The notes under the pieces are model-generated. The model was not told the origin of the DNA and ran no database searches. It worked only from the letters and a program-made list of their open reading frames with translations. Positions 13,201-22,700 of a stretch of DNA of 64,000 nucleotides are shown one piece after another (position 1 is the first letter of the stretch; each line of letters begins with the position of its first letter). Source of the DNA: a virus; IMG/VR virus record IMGVR_UViG_3300029319_000005, positions 64,001-128,000 of that record. One strand, given 5' to 3'. A program made the position numbers and the translations under genes.

Positions 13201-15916
13201 TCTTAGCGTCTGAATAAATACTGACAGAGCCGGTAAAATTAGTTACGCTAGCGCCTGCAAAAAGTCGTTTAGCTTGAGACATGAACCCTGTCCCATAAGC
13301 ATTGCTGATTGACTCTGTAACATGAAATTCATTTTTTACGATGTCTTGTACTGTATTGACGCCATAAAATTCAACAACGTATGTGTCTGAAACGCCTATC
13401 GTTCTATTATCTAGTGTTGACTGTGGATACTTTGAAGGCGCGACCTTGACCGCAAAAGTCCAGCTTGAGTTGTCATACACATCATAAAAGACATCGGTTT
13501 CCAGCTTTCCACTAGACAACAACGAACTAGATAATTGAAAAAATGCGTGTCTCGTATCTTTTACGCTCTTAACAGAGCGGACTTCAAAAGCCCAATCGTC
13601 TCCAGCAGCATTGTGTGCCCAAGTTGTATCAGCAGGCGTGTCCTGGCGCGCGGAGTGTGCGCCAAAAATAGAGGATGTTAAGGGGTAATTACCCTCAAAC
13701 TCAACCATGTCCGGATCCGGTATATACGGAAATAGTACTTCACTCTCAAATGTTGATCCAAATCCATTAGCTTCTTGCTGTAGCGTAGGATATCCAGAAG
13801 CCGACAAATACGCAGTGGAATCCGTAATTAAGGAAGATGTTTGTTGATAGACGACCGCGCTGTTTGCATCTAACGAACTAAAATCTATGAAAGTCTTTTT
13901 AATTGTTGAATCATAATATTCATCTTTAACATCAAAAGTTAGATTGTCGGCAAAAGTGTTAATTTTTATTAAATCTTCATTAATCCCAAAACAGTGCATC
14001 AAATTCCTAAGAGACTTTATGGTCCCCTTAGATTTCATTATTTGAGTCAAATTGTTGTAAATGTTCTTATATATTAAATTTTTAATATCATCCAGTGGCT
14101 GGGAATGGATCTTGTCTTCTCCCATTTGCAAGAACTTTTCTACTATTTCTGCATCTGCAAATAGGTTTTCAGTATTGAACCCGACTCCATCCAAAAGATT
14201 TCTACTAATAGATGATTCTTTATTTATCTCGCTTAAAGATCCGGATACATATCTAATATCTTTTATCTTATTTAATTCATCAATCATAATATGCAACTCA
14301 TCAAAATAGCTGCCTATTATTTGTGTTAGCTGTTCAAGAGTTGGGTTTGTCTCCGACTCTTCTCTTATCCAAGATGGTAATGAATTAAATATGGAAGCAT
14401 TGTTAGTAAGATCGTGTAGTTTACCTTCTTTTATTTTTGTTTCTATAAGAGATTGGACTTGTGGATGTTTTTCATAAATTATTGGGTCTTTAAATTCTGC
14501 TGCCGAGGCGCTTGCCTCTACAATTGCAGAATTTGTTGATCTCATATCCGTCAATAGCGCGCTGCTGTTGCTATACCCTGTCCAAGTGCCGTTTGTTACT
14601 CTTCCGGAATAATCCAAAACAACAGCATCTACGCTTGCTGTCTGGGTTATCCCCTCGTTAAACTTATAATAAACTCCAAGATCTACGGCGTTCCCATCTT
14701 CCGCAGAGCCGCTATAATAATATTTTATGTCGTCGGTATTTGTGCCGCCACCAATCTGTCTTTTCCAATATCTCCCAATTTGTTCAGGAGTTCTCTCTTT
14801 TCTCCAGAATCGGAACTCATCTAGAGATCCGCTTAAGGCTCCGTAGCCTTGCGTCGCAGCGTGGGATCCAGAAGGAGAAGCAACTAGGGCACCAATTTGT
14901 GCTACCATAGTTCCCGTTATTGAAGAAATAGACGATCCTGTAATTATTTCTTGGTTTAAAGCTCCATCTACATACAGCGTGGCTCTCATGTTGCTTCCCG
15001 TATTGGCGAAGCTAAGGGCATAATGGTGCCATGTTGAGCTTGTAACAGGAACATCCGTACCTATTGATATTAGTGTTTCTCCGCCAATCGTGGCAGGCTG
15101 TGGGTCAAAAACTCCTTGGGCATACTGTCCTGACCCGGACATCAAAGAAATGTACAATGAAGAACCAGATGGAACAGGATCGACACAAGTAACGACTTTT
15201 AGACGCCCATACCCAGGCTGCCCCGCGACATCAGCACCCCAAGAGCCACTACTCCAAAGATCAAAAATTACCTGTGTTGGTGATTCAACGCTCGAAGTGT
15301 ATGGCACTTTTCTAAGCCAGAATTCTACTGTGAGTCCGTCAGTTCCATTAAACTCAAGATTAGATATTCTATTAATGTTAGAGTCATAATAGTTTGGCAA
15401 AGAATTAATAGAAGAGCTTGGCACAACTTCGCCACTCAGAGTCTCTGTTCCTCTAAGCTTACTAGGATGTGGACCACCTTTTAGAAAAATATACTGAGGA
15501 TAGTCATTGTAGGCATACGGATGTGAGACACTAGTAAAATTGCCCGCTACAGTGCTCATCTCTCTAGACCCTAGAAAATTAATGTATCCATTTGTTCTAG
15601 GATATTGTTCTTCAAAAATATATTTGTCGATCAAAAGAGAGTTTTGATCCCATTCCATCTTTTCTCTTAAAGAACCATCATAGGGATATTCTTTGTAAAT
15701 ACGCTCTATTGAATCTTGGTAATATCTAGCAGCCAGGCCGTATCTAGCAAAGTTTTTAGGGTCAGAATAATCTACTTGAGGCAAGACTCTATTAGATTTT
15801 TTTAAATAAGTTGGCACAAAAGCGGAAGACTCCACTTCTTGCTCTAGGTCTTTTTTACTTTTTTTAGTCAATAGCTGACTAAACTTTTCTTTTTTAAAGA
15901 GATCTTTTAAACTCAT
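7220..15916 (-). CDS. Giant baseplate wedge-like protein with LamG/concanavalin-A-like domain(s) and a P2 gpI/T4 gp7-like segment
   Basis: 2898 aa. LamG signatures 'LTVEFWL..WHHYALSF..LYVDG..GSLDEFRFW'. 'IMKSKGTIKSLRNLMHCFG' matches the KGT motif of gpI-like wedge proteins. Lies downstream of gp25 and gp6. Confidence 0.65.
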   Translation of the reverse strand: MSLKDLFKKEKFSQLLTKKSKKDLEQEVESSAFVPTYLKKSNRVLPQVDYSDPKNFARYGLAARYYQDSIERIYKEYPYDGSLREKMEWDQNSLLIDKYIFEEQYPRTNGYINFLGSREMSTVAGNFTSVSHPYAYNDYPQYIFLKGGPHPSKLRGTETLSGEVVPSSSINSLPNYYDSNINRISNLEFNGTDGLTVEFWLRKVPYTSSVESPTQVIFDLWSSGSWGADVAGQPGYGRLKVVTCVDPVPSGSSLYISLMSGSGQYAQGVFDPQPATIGGETLISIGTDVPVTSSTWHHYALSFANTGSNMRATLYVDGALNQEIITGSSISSITGTMVAQIGALVASPSGSHAATQGYGALSGSLDEFRFWRKERTPEQIGRYWKRQIGGGTNTDDIKYYYSGSAEDGNAVDLGVYYKFNEGITQTASVDAVVLDYSGRVTNGTWTGYSNSSALLTDMRSTNSAIVEASASAAEFKDPIIYEKHPQVQSLIETKIKEGKLHDLTNNASIFNSLPSWIREESETNPTLEQLTQIIGSYFDELHIMIDELNKIKDIRYVSGSLSEINKESSISRNLLDGVGFNTENLFADAEIVEKFLQMGEDKIHSQPLDDIKNLIYKNIYNNLTQIMKSKGTIKSLRNLMHCFGINEDLIKINTFADNLTFDVKDEYYDSTIKKTFIDFSSLDANSAVVYQQTSSLITDSTAYLSASGYPTLQQEANGFGSTFESEVLFPYIPDPDMVEFEGNYPLTSSIFGAHSARQDTPADTTWAHNAAGDDWAFEVRSVKSVKDTRHAFFQLSSSLLSSGKLETDVFYDVYDNSSWTFAVKVAPSKYPQSTLDNRTIGVSDTYVVEFYGVNTVQDIVKNEFHVTESISNAYGTGFMSQAKRLFAGASVTNFTGSVSIYSDAKISSVKAWMSHLSNEEIKSHAIDASNYGTRQPANNAFVFQTGSTSNSGSTNVFIPKIKTLALDWNFELVTGSDAAGGFAVYDITSGSSDLKEEYGWLGNVVNLPNSGIGRGFLASTSSFVSVEYLEDSKKQLPELLYSEDMVSILSFDDDNLYRDQKPIKFITSIEKNMYHNLSEEIMNFFASVRDYGALIGRTEERYRQNYKRLAFLKQIFFERLGNTPDVEKFIDYFKWIDKALGDMILNLVPASSGVSRGIKTVIESHALERNKYRNKFPTIDSKFAEPASSGQLQPNLDTTSNDGNIAIPPLLVEQYEGFSAKPNAFLAGPKLNSPPSTDQDFHILWWKNKVDKTKYAKTGDAVLDVVRQKLFTVYQSGNQDLQNKPFVFNTSIKSKEIAGGVRMPTNKKGMSIASKVLSFASNKQFVINNSNVSDSTKTYIEEIIPTELLTKRKIVEVNIDNEPDAYLASGSDSVLPFAFYSASYEYDSGASLGGYLASLGVSLSSTQINFGNDFSNNEFETPLQGPFTERFVGGYQYRNVAPNKLDEAGNFNTAYNRPEGYNIVLASNQITVVPVDSINTNFARGTRIRLPGVKRPVNITNRPFYATSGSAITGNLNFTTPTRTMGNFERNYELVMTTGRDINNLWFKSGSTGLGGVSNQYPEVFTLTGNLNFALPDRATGSNKTVIAERFSSPGGKEVLTKGYLDPASETYSVYNQLNYRNSTVRTALNVSGALHSLLYGIQTGSFVSGDAYSPLVTASYHKVNRNARKNVTVIETSYMPPVNPTVLSGAIFDNDNVTHQIPQSDRNYNWITSSMFDINSAPYGFANPIGFVSSSSGEISQFKFLSASQTSVDSHVVDFVGLNTLINAPLLTGTNAVSTASLNTSIASLNSSDLLNALLLHQNGPYGFVSWKQINNSTNPLVRNMVKNNRISTFAAMNDFFAKSKYKWSGASGKEKVSHNSATNVRQLTSFTEPPVITSFKPITHKVATKDYDGNEANFDIKHSYANNISKFASVDLNNALGAENNKPTQPYDKLYKIYTNKDLGDDNPISELLSLEYKETIYPRSVNAYLGKIRGRQNYTELPGTGENGFDRINRRTFWRDSLFQRERTAGTALNSQGYTVYNNQSRILSVWPVDCGDVSEIDGLNGFPIDLSDINGAVGELVHYPFVNPTGSVDDGIFPSGFNAPMYGYHVSASAAMYRRAINHKVYADAYIRPPGYRTNVLAGKNPWFNSYEDYSEDIRRIAKDYAVLPEFRISDHMDFYLNNQSSSFIGTNNKFLSLDGAAHTSSANGEFADFNDNFFDIYSNSDFMKYFDVVQEDHINEEIGKPSRIKMTCRGVKKLLPYNGFYPSTRTLQLASLLSQSLGPYLSGSNENSNNPDTERLNSINRLFVAPGILFNSIKSAVAVDFPFYTEAKTGSTAYPNGASSIQQQLIGYSDDYDMRFPFEGLVDIVRHLPPTIKDVTAFGTSSATQTNIFLGEPSATGSYPYANWMFEKKPNFELAMHNFLGETVKFFLKDQQLTNFYSAQESQFKTMKSGSTYGMKVNMYKTNDMKLSENTDASAIRGRARGALYGPPMSSSYHSESNSVLSGFDDPAYAPHTPPYFYGLSQATLTFQCFETKKYTLEEIIAGVTASYTNANPALTGQYNDNVTRNKMEISASMNLFGTTRVQKVNYSTGLGPDGNYLPNTFETPSDSSFDVWSIGTKWECPALNFSASYSVDEGVGVWAGYGKIPDDTTGIFTGLSNVSDQESLLEVVGFQTSKERVGKIAESKKISEAIVAIPFVDSPELTGLDTVEYLGKSFFKIDTDEYRYQTELKISKGIAVEKGSTEDGADNIQQTSITDMYEKMQKYVIPPQLDFTDKDLDKDPFAMYIFEFNHVLDQRDLADIWQGVMPKISITAEKQDVTIEHAMNKHEFFGGMPLPPETRWMVFKVKRRAENNYFKITADSKDDDRFKFLFKSSEKDYKHSYNWPYDFFSLVELGQIEAAVEIEGDKKE

Positions 15917-17541
15917 TTTTCTTCGACTCTAAATTTAAAAACTTCTGCCTGTTCTTGGTAATCGCCATTAATATTATATGCAAAATGTATTTTATACATA
16001 TAATCAGTATCTAACATGCTCATGTCTAAATCGAAGTAGTTGCCATCAGAATCGTAGGACAATTTTGTTGCCTTGGTACTGCCAGTATTATAAGCGACGA
16101 CTTCCAGACCATCTACTGCTCTAATAATTTTATAATGTGCTTCTTCAATCACTTCTGTATTTGGCGTTGTAGAAGACAAAGTATATATATTTGGATTCCA
16201 ATTCTTATCCCTGACAAAGAGCCTAAGTCTTGGCTTTTCTTTGTTCGTATATGCTGCTTTTAAGTTTACTATGTTAGTTACGTATTCTCTAATTGGATAA
16301 TTTGTTGATCCTGTTATTCCTGTCGGGCTTATCGTGCCTGTGAAAAACTGTGTCAGATCGTAGTTTGCAAAAGTTCCAGTACTCCAAACGTCATAAATTG
16401 TTTCTAACGATGGAGATCCCGTAAATGCCAGCGAGGCTGTATAAATACCAGTATCATAATAGCCACCTGTAGCATATAAGAGACTCTCTCCTACATTACC
16501 ACCAGCACTTAAAATCATTTTAGAGCCGGACGGCTCTGTATCGCTAGCCGATCCAGAATACAATGCGACCATAATTGATCCTGTTGTGCCAATTTCAGGA
16601 ATATTTTTTAATTGTCCTTTAATATAATTGTATAAAAATAGCGTATTTAAGTTGTCTTCCGCAGGAGCCAAGGAACTGCTCATAAAGAATTGCCCTCGAT
16701 CATCTTGTACAGAGGAGTCCCATCTAGCTTCTAGCACTGGCCTCTTAAAAAAGAAGTCGCTGGTTCTGGAAAAGAACTTTTTAGTATAATACGACTCCGT
16801 CGAGCCTTCTAGATTTCTAGGGACGTTAGTGCCATCTCCTACTGAGTACGCTTCTTGAGATGCTGTCAAATATACACCAAATCCATAGTTTAAGTACGTG
16901 CCCGCAATCCACTCTTCTACCGCCGCAGTCACGTCCACTTCCATGTCTTCATCGCCGTTGGTGAAGGTTGTAGTATACATTGGCATTCCATCAGTCCCAG
17001 CAGAGTAGGCCGCTGTATGGAATGTTCCTCCAGGGACAAAGCCAGTCGTTTGATCCATACTAGAAGTTCCCCACGCTCCGTCCCATCCTCCTTTACCAGA
17101 AGCAGGAGCATCAACGCTTCCGGATATATTGCCAGAAACCCAATTAGATATACCAGTATCGGTATAATTCTCCATGTCTAGCCCGGTACCTTCATTCCAG
17201 GACTGGGAAACAGCTTGTACATTAAGAATCATATTTCTAGGAAGGGTTAGGCCATGTTTGGCGTTAAACATTCTAAGATAAAATCTAACGCTCCCGCTAG
17301 CAGGTATAGTTCCTGCTGTCCTATCTCCTTTTATTTCCCCCGCCGTTGTGCCGGATACCGGAAATTGTATCAAAACCCTGGAAAGCTCCGTTGAGCCAGA
17401 ACTCGCTTGGCCAACAATAGAAAAAACTTCAAGGATATCAGAAGCGCCCATGTTTGATCCAGTGCCTCTTGTGCTAAGGTTAGTTTTAAAAGCATTCGTT
17501 ATCGTGTTATCCGCTGTGGCAAAATATCTTTTAATTGACAT
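15913..17541 (-). CDS. DNRLRE/CBM96-like domain virion protein
   Basis: Pattern 'ADNTI..N.G..L.V..SRVLIQF..SWNEG..W..DVT..V..W..NYG..F.S..P.L' is typical of DNRLRE-type domains. Located in the baseplate cluster. Confidence 0.55.
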   Translation of the reverse strand: MSIKRYFATADNTITNAFKTNLSTRGTGSNMGASDILEVFSIVGQASSGSTELSRVLIQFPVSGTTAGEIKGDRTAGTIPASGSVRFYLRMFNAKHGLTLPRNMILNVQAVSQSWNEGTGLDMENYTDTGISNWVSGNISGSVDAPASGKGGWDGAWGTSSMDQTTGFVPGGTFHTAAYSAGTDGMPMYTTTFTNGDEDMEVDVTAAVEEWIAGTYLNYGFGVYLTASQEAYSVGDGTNVPRNLEGSTESYYTKKFFSRTSDFFFKRPVLEARWDSSVQDDRGQFFMSSSLAPAEDNLNTLFLYNYIKGQLKNIPEIGTTGSIMVALYSGSASDTEPSGSKMILSAGGNVGESLLYATGGYYDTGIYTASLAFTGSPSLETIYDVWSTGTFANYDLTQFFTGTISPTGITGSTNYPIREYVTNIVNLKAAYTNKEKPRLRLFVRDKNWNPNIYTLSSTTPNTEVIEEAHYKIIRAVDGLEVVAYNTGSTKATKLSYDSDGNYFDLDMSMLDTDYMYKIHFAYNINGDYQEQAEVFKFRVEEK

Positions 17542-19334
17542 TATCTAACCTCACCTTTAATATTCGTGCTTGGGAACTTGATTTCATATATCATATTCGC
17601 AGGAATAAGCAATTGCGCGCCATCGCTAGTCGTATTGAGAGCGACGTTATACTGATTGTTAGAATACGCTCCGCCTAGTTTTTGATCCACTTGTACATCC
17701 ACAACGTCTAAGACGCTATCAAGCTTATTTAATGTTTTATAAATATCCCTAATCTTAAATGGTTCGCCAATTTCCGGCAGTGTAGAAAACTTTTCTTGCA
17801 GCGCTTGAAGGCAGTCCGTTAGTGTCTGCTCCGGAGTGTATTGTTGGTCCCCTGTCACTATAAAGTCAATTTCTAAATTAATTATATAGGCGTCTAATAT
17901 ATCAATACTATCATTAAGCATTTTATAATTTTGAATCCAAGTCTTTAAATTTTCTTTTATAGAAGAATTACTATTTGAAAGATTCCCATCTGAATCTTCG
18001 CTTATGACAAATAAATTAATATTTCTTTTTGATGAATCCTGATCTTGGTAAACTGCTGCTCTTCTGACTGCTCCAAACTTTGTTGGCATTCTATAGCACA
18101 AATTAATATAATCTTGCTTTGTCACTGCTCTGTTTTGAGATGAATATGTACCCATTGCTCTCATTCTTATTTCGTCAATGGACACGTCTTGTATGTCTCC
18201 ATTGATTGGGCTTTCATTATAAACTTCAATACTATTCCTAACATCTAGTAGCTTTGTAGAATCTAGCGATTCTTCGGCTAAGAAAAAGTAATTTATGTTT
18301 CCAGGTCCAGATATACCTCCAACAGTTATATTAGAGTCTGTTGTACTATTTCTTCGGTATTGTACTGTAAGAGTTGTGTTGCTTGGAGCAATCCCTAATT
18401 TGCTATTCGACAATAATTTTGTTGGATCAAAGCTTGTGTCAGCAATATATTTTTTACCGTATAAATTAAAATTAACTTTTGAAGGATCTACCACATCGTC
18501 TGAGTCTACCTCTGCTTCTGAACCGAAACCAAACTGCAAGAAAGTGTTATTGTCATCTTTCTCTACTACAAACCTTCTTGGCACTATAACTGGCTTTAAT
18601 AATTCTTTTACAAGCTGTCTATCATCCCCAGGATTTGGCACGCCTCTAAACACAGAATCTTGTGTTAAATTCTCTACTTCGTAATACTCTCTGCCCTGCT
18701 CATCAAAAACGGAAATAATCTCCGTTGTATTTTCATCGTCAATTGGCACTTTTAAGAATCTAATAAAGTCTCCAATCGGGATTCTCTTCACACTCAATTC
18801 GCCAGAGATAATACTGCCAACTGCTTTTACCGCATATTTTAATGGCTTGCCAGTCGCGGAATCAATTGTAGCAGGGTACACAAGGTTGTCATTGTCAGCG
18901 AAGTCTACATCATCAACAAGTGTAAAAGTTGTTCCATTATCACTTCTTACGGTGCTCCCTTTTAATATTTTTGGCATATAATTGGTGTCAGGGCCACTTC
19001 CTACAGTATTCGCCGGTACTAGTAAAAATAATGAAACCAGCCCGGAAGAAGTATAGGCTTTATCTAGCTTGTAGCCTAGTTGTCTAGCTAGTCTAACTAC
19101 ATTATCATAATCTACAGCGCTATCTATAAAAGACTCGTTGACCTGATAATCGAGATAAAACGAGAGCATATCTCCAACATAAGCAACCGTATCAAACATC
19201 AAAGAGCCAAAGGATGATTCGTTGAAATCTTTATAGTTAGATGGATAGTATCTTTTTGCGTATTCTACGAGTGACCGCTTTATTGATTCAAAATCTCTAT
19301 TTGTGTAATTTATAGGATTATTTTTTTTTGCCAT
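17541..19334 (-). CDS. Baseplate wedge subunit (T4 gp6 / baseplate J-like)
   Basis: 'YTNRDFESIK..DFNESSFG..AYVGDMLSFYLD', 'LARQLGY', 'LQFGFG' and 'QNRAVTKQDY' motifs. ATG 19334 preferred over the track start. Confidence 0.9.
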   Translation of the reverse strand: MAKKNNPINYTNRDFESIKRSLVEYAKRYYPSNYKDFNESSFGSLMFDTVAYVGDMLSFYLDYQVNESFIDSAVDYDNVVRLARQLGYKLDKAYTSSGLVSLFLLVPANTVGSGPDTNYMPKILKGSTVRSDNGTTFTLVDDVDFADNDNLVYPATIDSATGKPLKYAVKAVGSIISGELSVKRIPIGDFIRFLKVPIDDENTTEIISVFDEQGREYYEVENLTQDSVFRGVPNPGDDRQLVKELLKPVIVPRRFVVEKDDNNTFLQFGFGSEAEVDSDDVVDPSKVNFNLYGKKYIADTSFDPTKLLSNSKLGIAPSNTTLTVQYRRNSTTDSNITVGGISGPGNINYFFLAEESLDSTKLLDVRNSIEVYNESPINGDIQDVSIDEIRMRAMGTYSSQNRAVTKQDYINLCYRMPTKFGAVRRAAVYQDQDSSKRNINLFVISEDSDGNLSNSNSSIKENLKTWIQNYKMLNDSIDILDAYIINLEIDFIVTGDQQYTPEQTLTDCLQALQEKFSTLPEIGEPFKIRDIYKTLNKLDSVLDVVDVQVDQKLGGAYSNNQYNVALNTTSDGAQLLIPANMIYEIKFPSTNIKGEVR

Positions 19335-19356
19335 TACAATGTTCCCCAAGCAAAAA

Positions 19357-19363
19357 TAATTAG
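19357..19363 (-). promoter_or_regulatory. CTAnTTA candidate late promoter (CTAATTA) for the gp6-like gene
   Basis: 22 nt upstream of ATG 19334; one of 8 copies found before gene starts. Confidence 0.45.
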
Positions 19364-19734
19364 TTCAAATCAACATTTATTGTTATAAGGTCTCTTAAAG
19401 TTAAGGATTCAACAAAATAAGAAATTTGTAGTGACAGGGTATTTTCCTCGCTATCAAAAAATTTGATATTTAAAATCTTTATAAAAGGCAAATAAATTTT
19501 AACCTGCTCTTTAATTTTTGCTTTGATGTCGTTTTGTACATTTTGTCCTTTATTTTCAAACAAAAAGTTTCTCAAGCCCACTCCATAGCCTGGTATCATC
19601 ATTCGCTCTCCCGGCGCTGTCAACACTAACATTTTTAAGTTTTGTCTCATTAGAGTTGCATAATCTTTAATTAAAGAATACGGCCCGTCTTCTATATCGA
19701 TAGTTAAGGGTAATTTTGCGGCTATTCCAGGCAT
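19360..19734 (-). CDS. Baseplate gp25/GpW-like protein (sheath initiator)
   Basis: 'QNLKMLVLTAPGERMMIPGYGVGLRNFLFE' is the gp25 family motif. Adjacent to gp6. Confidence 0.9.
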   Translation of the reverse strand: MPGIAAKLPLTIDIEDGPYSLIKDYATLMRQNLKMLVLTAPGERMMIPGYGVGLRNFLFENKGQNVQNDIKAKIKEQVKIYLPFIKILNIKFFDSEENTLSLQISYFVESLTLRDLITINVDLN

Positions 19735-19752
19735 TTTAAGATTCCTTTAAAT

Positions 19753-19759
19753 TAAATAG
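19753..19759 (-). promoter_or_regulatory. CTAnTTA candidate late promoter (CTATTTA) for the gp25-like gene
   Basis: Intergenic, 18 nt before ATG 19734, followed by an AAGGA Shine-Dalgarno. Confidence 0.5.
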
Positions 19760-19775
19760 TTTGATGAAACTATTA

Positions 19776-22700
19776 TTAACATGGTTCATTAGAGTGATAC
19801 CCTGCGGTAAGAGTTCCATCAAGAGGATCAAGTTTTCCGGTAACCGAAAGTCCCCAATAAGTCATTCCTAAAGGAGTGATGTGGAAAGGATTAGTAATTC
19901 CAGCAGCAAACAGCACTTCTTGTGGAATTAAAGGATAGGGGAGAAGCGATAAAACAATTGGGAACATCGCTTGTGAGCTTCTCCAGTATCTCATTGTTTT
20001 ATTATCGTAAAGAGATGATGCATCTCCACCAAAAGCAGCCTCTCCTGCTTTAATAGTTGTTTTTACGCCTTGATAGACAGTATCCTTAATTGCCTTCGCT
20101 GTTGCGATCGTTGGGTCTGAAATTTCAGCTAGGCCTTTTAGTATCATTAAACTAGCTTGTAAAATTACCTGTTGATCAATACCTGTAGCATCGACCGGGT
20201 CTGCGGTAGAAAAGGCGTATTGTTCTTCATAAGATCTAAATTCTGCCGCAGAATCATATGATAGTGGCAAGCTAAATGCTGTCATTGTATTTAATAAATC
20301 ACTTTTTGTTTGGCTAAACATCTGACTAAGCCCTGGTTTCGCCGTATCAACTATAGTGTTATAAGTGCCTAATGCACTCAGAGTAGCTAGGTCTTCAACA
20401 GGTAGAGAATAGCCAAAAAGCACTTGAAATTTTTGTTTTTTTAATAATTCTTCTTTGAGTTTAAAAACTTCTTCATAAACTTTATTGTAATCATACAAAA
20501 TATTCCCATCTGGGCCTAGTTGCAATGCAAAGGAAAGAGGAATATCTTTATCTTCAACTCCATAAATGTCACTAATCTTAATCTTGCTTTCCGCTATCGG
20601 TATTTTATATATTTCTTTATTTATAGTTTGTACTTCTTGTTCATCATCAACAGTCACTTGCTTTGTTTCTCTTTCAATTATTTCATATGATTTTTTATAT
20701 AAAGGAGGATAGTTCCTACCGGGAGAGCCAGCAAATGCTCGGCGGGCCTGAATCATATCTGATAGGCTATTTTTTAAAAAGACACCGTCTGATGGAATCG
20801 ACTCTTCAGATTCTTTCGACACTGGTAAAACATAGCTGAGCCTGACACCAGCCTTCAAGGGCTCGTAATAGGTCGTATGGGGTTCATCAGCAAAAAATTC
20901 GCTACCCTTTACTGCTGGCATGAATTTAATTACTTTGTCGCGCAAATTGTTAATAATTTTAGCTCTTTTATCTCTCAATTCTTCAATCTTATCATACCAA
21001 TTCTTTAATAGCTTATAAGCAATTGTTTCTTCGCCTGAGATTCTTTCGTATTCATTCGTTTCAGGATTCAAATAATAAAGAGTTCTCGAATTGTACATAT
21101 TATTATGGTTAGTTTTAGACATGCCTGTCGCGAAAAGAGCCGCATCGTTCATGTGAACCGCAAACTTGTCTATAGACATGGGCATATTAAGATACTCACC
21201 TTCGACTCCAGGGGCACCCGCTCTTACTAATGGAATATCAACAACTGGCGTGTAAACAGCTTCTTCCCCTGCTTCAAAATCTTGTCCGTATAAAGTGTCA
21301 TAATTAATTATAGACATAAATTTATTGAGCGTCGCTCCAATTTCCTGGTCATAGTCGAGGCCGCGAGAGCCAATGTCTATATTATTTGTCATGGAATTTA
21401 TTTCATAAAATTTGCCACTTGGCGTAGGTCTTCCAATCCTAATTGATTTTAATTGTAGCGATTCATCAGAGTTCATAAAGTTATCTACAGCATCGCTAAT
21501 GTATAAAATACTCCAATCATTCATATGGCTTTTAGGAAGCGTGTCATAATTTTGGATTTGATTCAGATAGAATTTCATGTTTAACAAAAGAGTGTCTAAT
21601 GTGGCTCGTCTTCTACCATGATCTTCTGTCCAAATTTCTTTAAACTGGTTTAAAAAATATAAAACGCTTTTCGGCCCAGGATTATTTTCATCACTTAATC
21701 CACTAAATCCGAATAAATTGTGAACACCCTCCATGATAGCGAGACCTGCGTCTTTTGCTCCAACCCAGAACCCACTATCCCAATCAGGATCCCAATCTTT
21801 ATGACTACCAAGTGATTCATTTAACAGTGGTGCGTAATTTTTTGATTTAATACCCCAAATTCTAGAATATTGTTGCGGCTTATAGGAAGCAGCAAGTATG
21901 TTCCTCTCAGGAAGCGCATTTTGTGTCACATCATCAGTAAGCACCTTAAACCCTACCCTAGAGGTCTCTTCGTGTAAATAATCTGGGTGATATCGTTTGC
22001 TCATATGTTCACTCACGCTATCTTGGATTATATCGTCTGGGTCCATGTTAACATTTTCACCCATCCAATCGAGTGATTTAAAATTAGTTACACTAGAGTT
22101 TGGTTGATGAATCGTTGTCTTGCCGAACAATAAAGATGGCTTTACAAACAGCGGCGCTTCGTTAATATCTGTGCCAAATAAACCGCTGAAGACGGCTATC
22201 TGTGAACTGAATTCATAATTTACATCTTCATAATCTAACAAAGGAAGAGAAGTCAAATCTTTTATATTCTTTTTTAAATTTTTCGTTGTTATTTGTTTTG
22301 GGAATATTATTTCCACGTCTGGATTAGAGAACTGTCTCCAAGTTAACCGTGAAACTGCTGAATTACCTTTTTTTAGGGTAGCGTCTATTTCTCGCTCAAC
22401 AAGCTCATAGGGGTAATAGTTGAATCCTTGTATACAACTCGACCATTTTACTAGGTTGGCACCAATGCTTTTATCAGCGAAAAGGCCATAAAAAGTAAGA
22501 CCTTTTAGCACATGGTCAAAGTGCCAATAGAGTTCTTCAGCGTTAAGATTAAAAACAATCTCATTAACATCTACATATGATGTAGCTAGATTAGAAGAAA
22601 TTTGTAATTGCTCGCCATTAGTGGCGGTTAAAATATTTAAATCATAAACAGCAGTACCATCTGCAATACCTTTTAACTCGGCTATTTGGCTAATTCCTTT

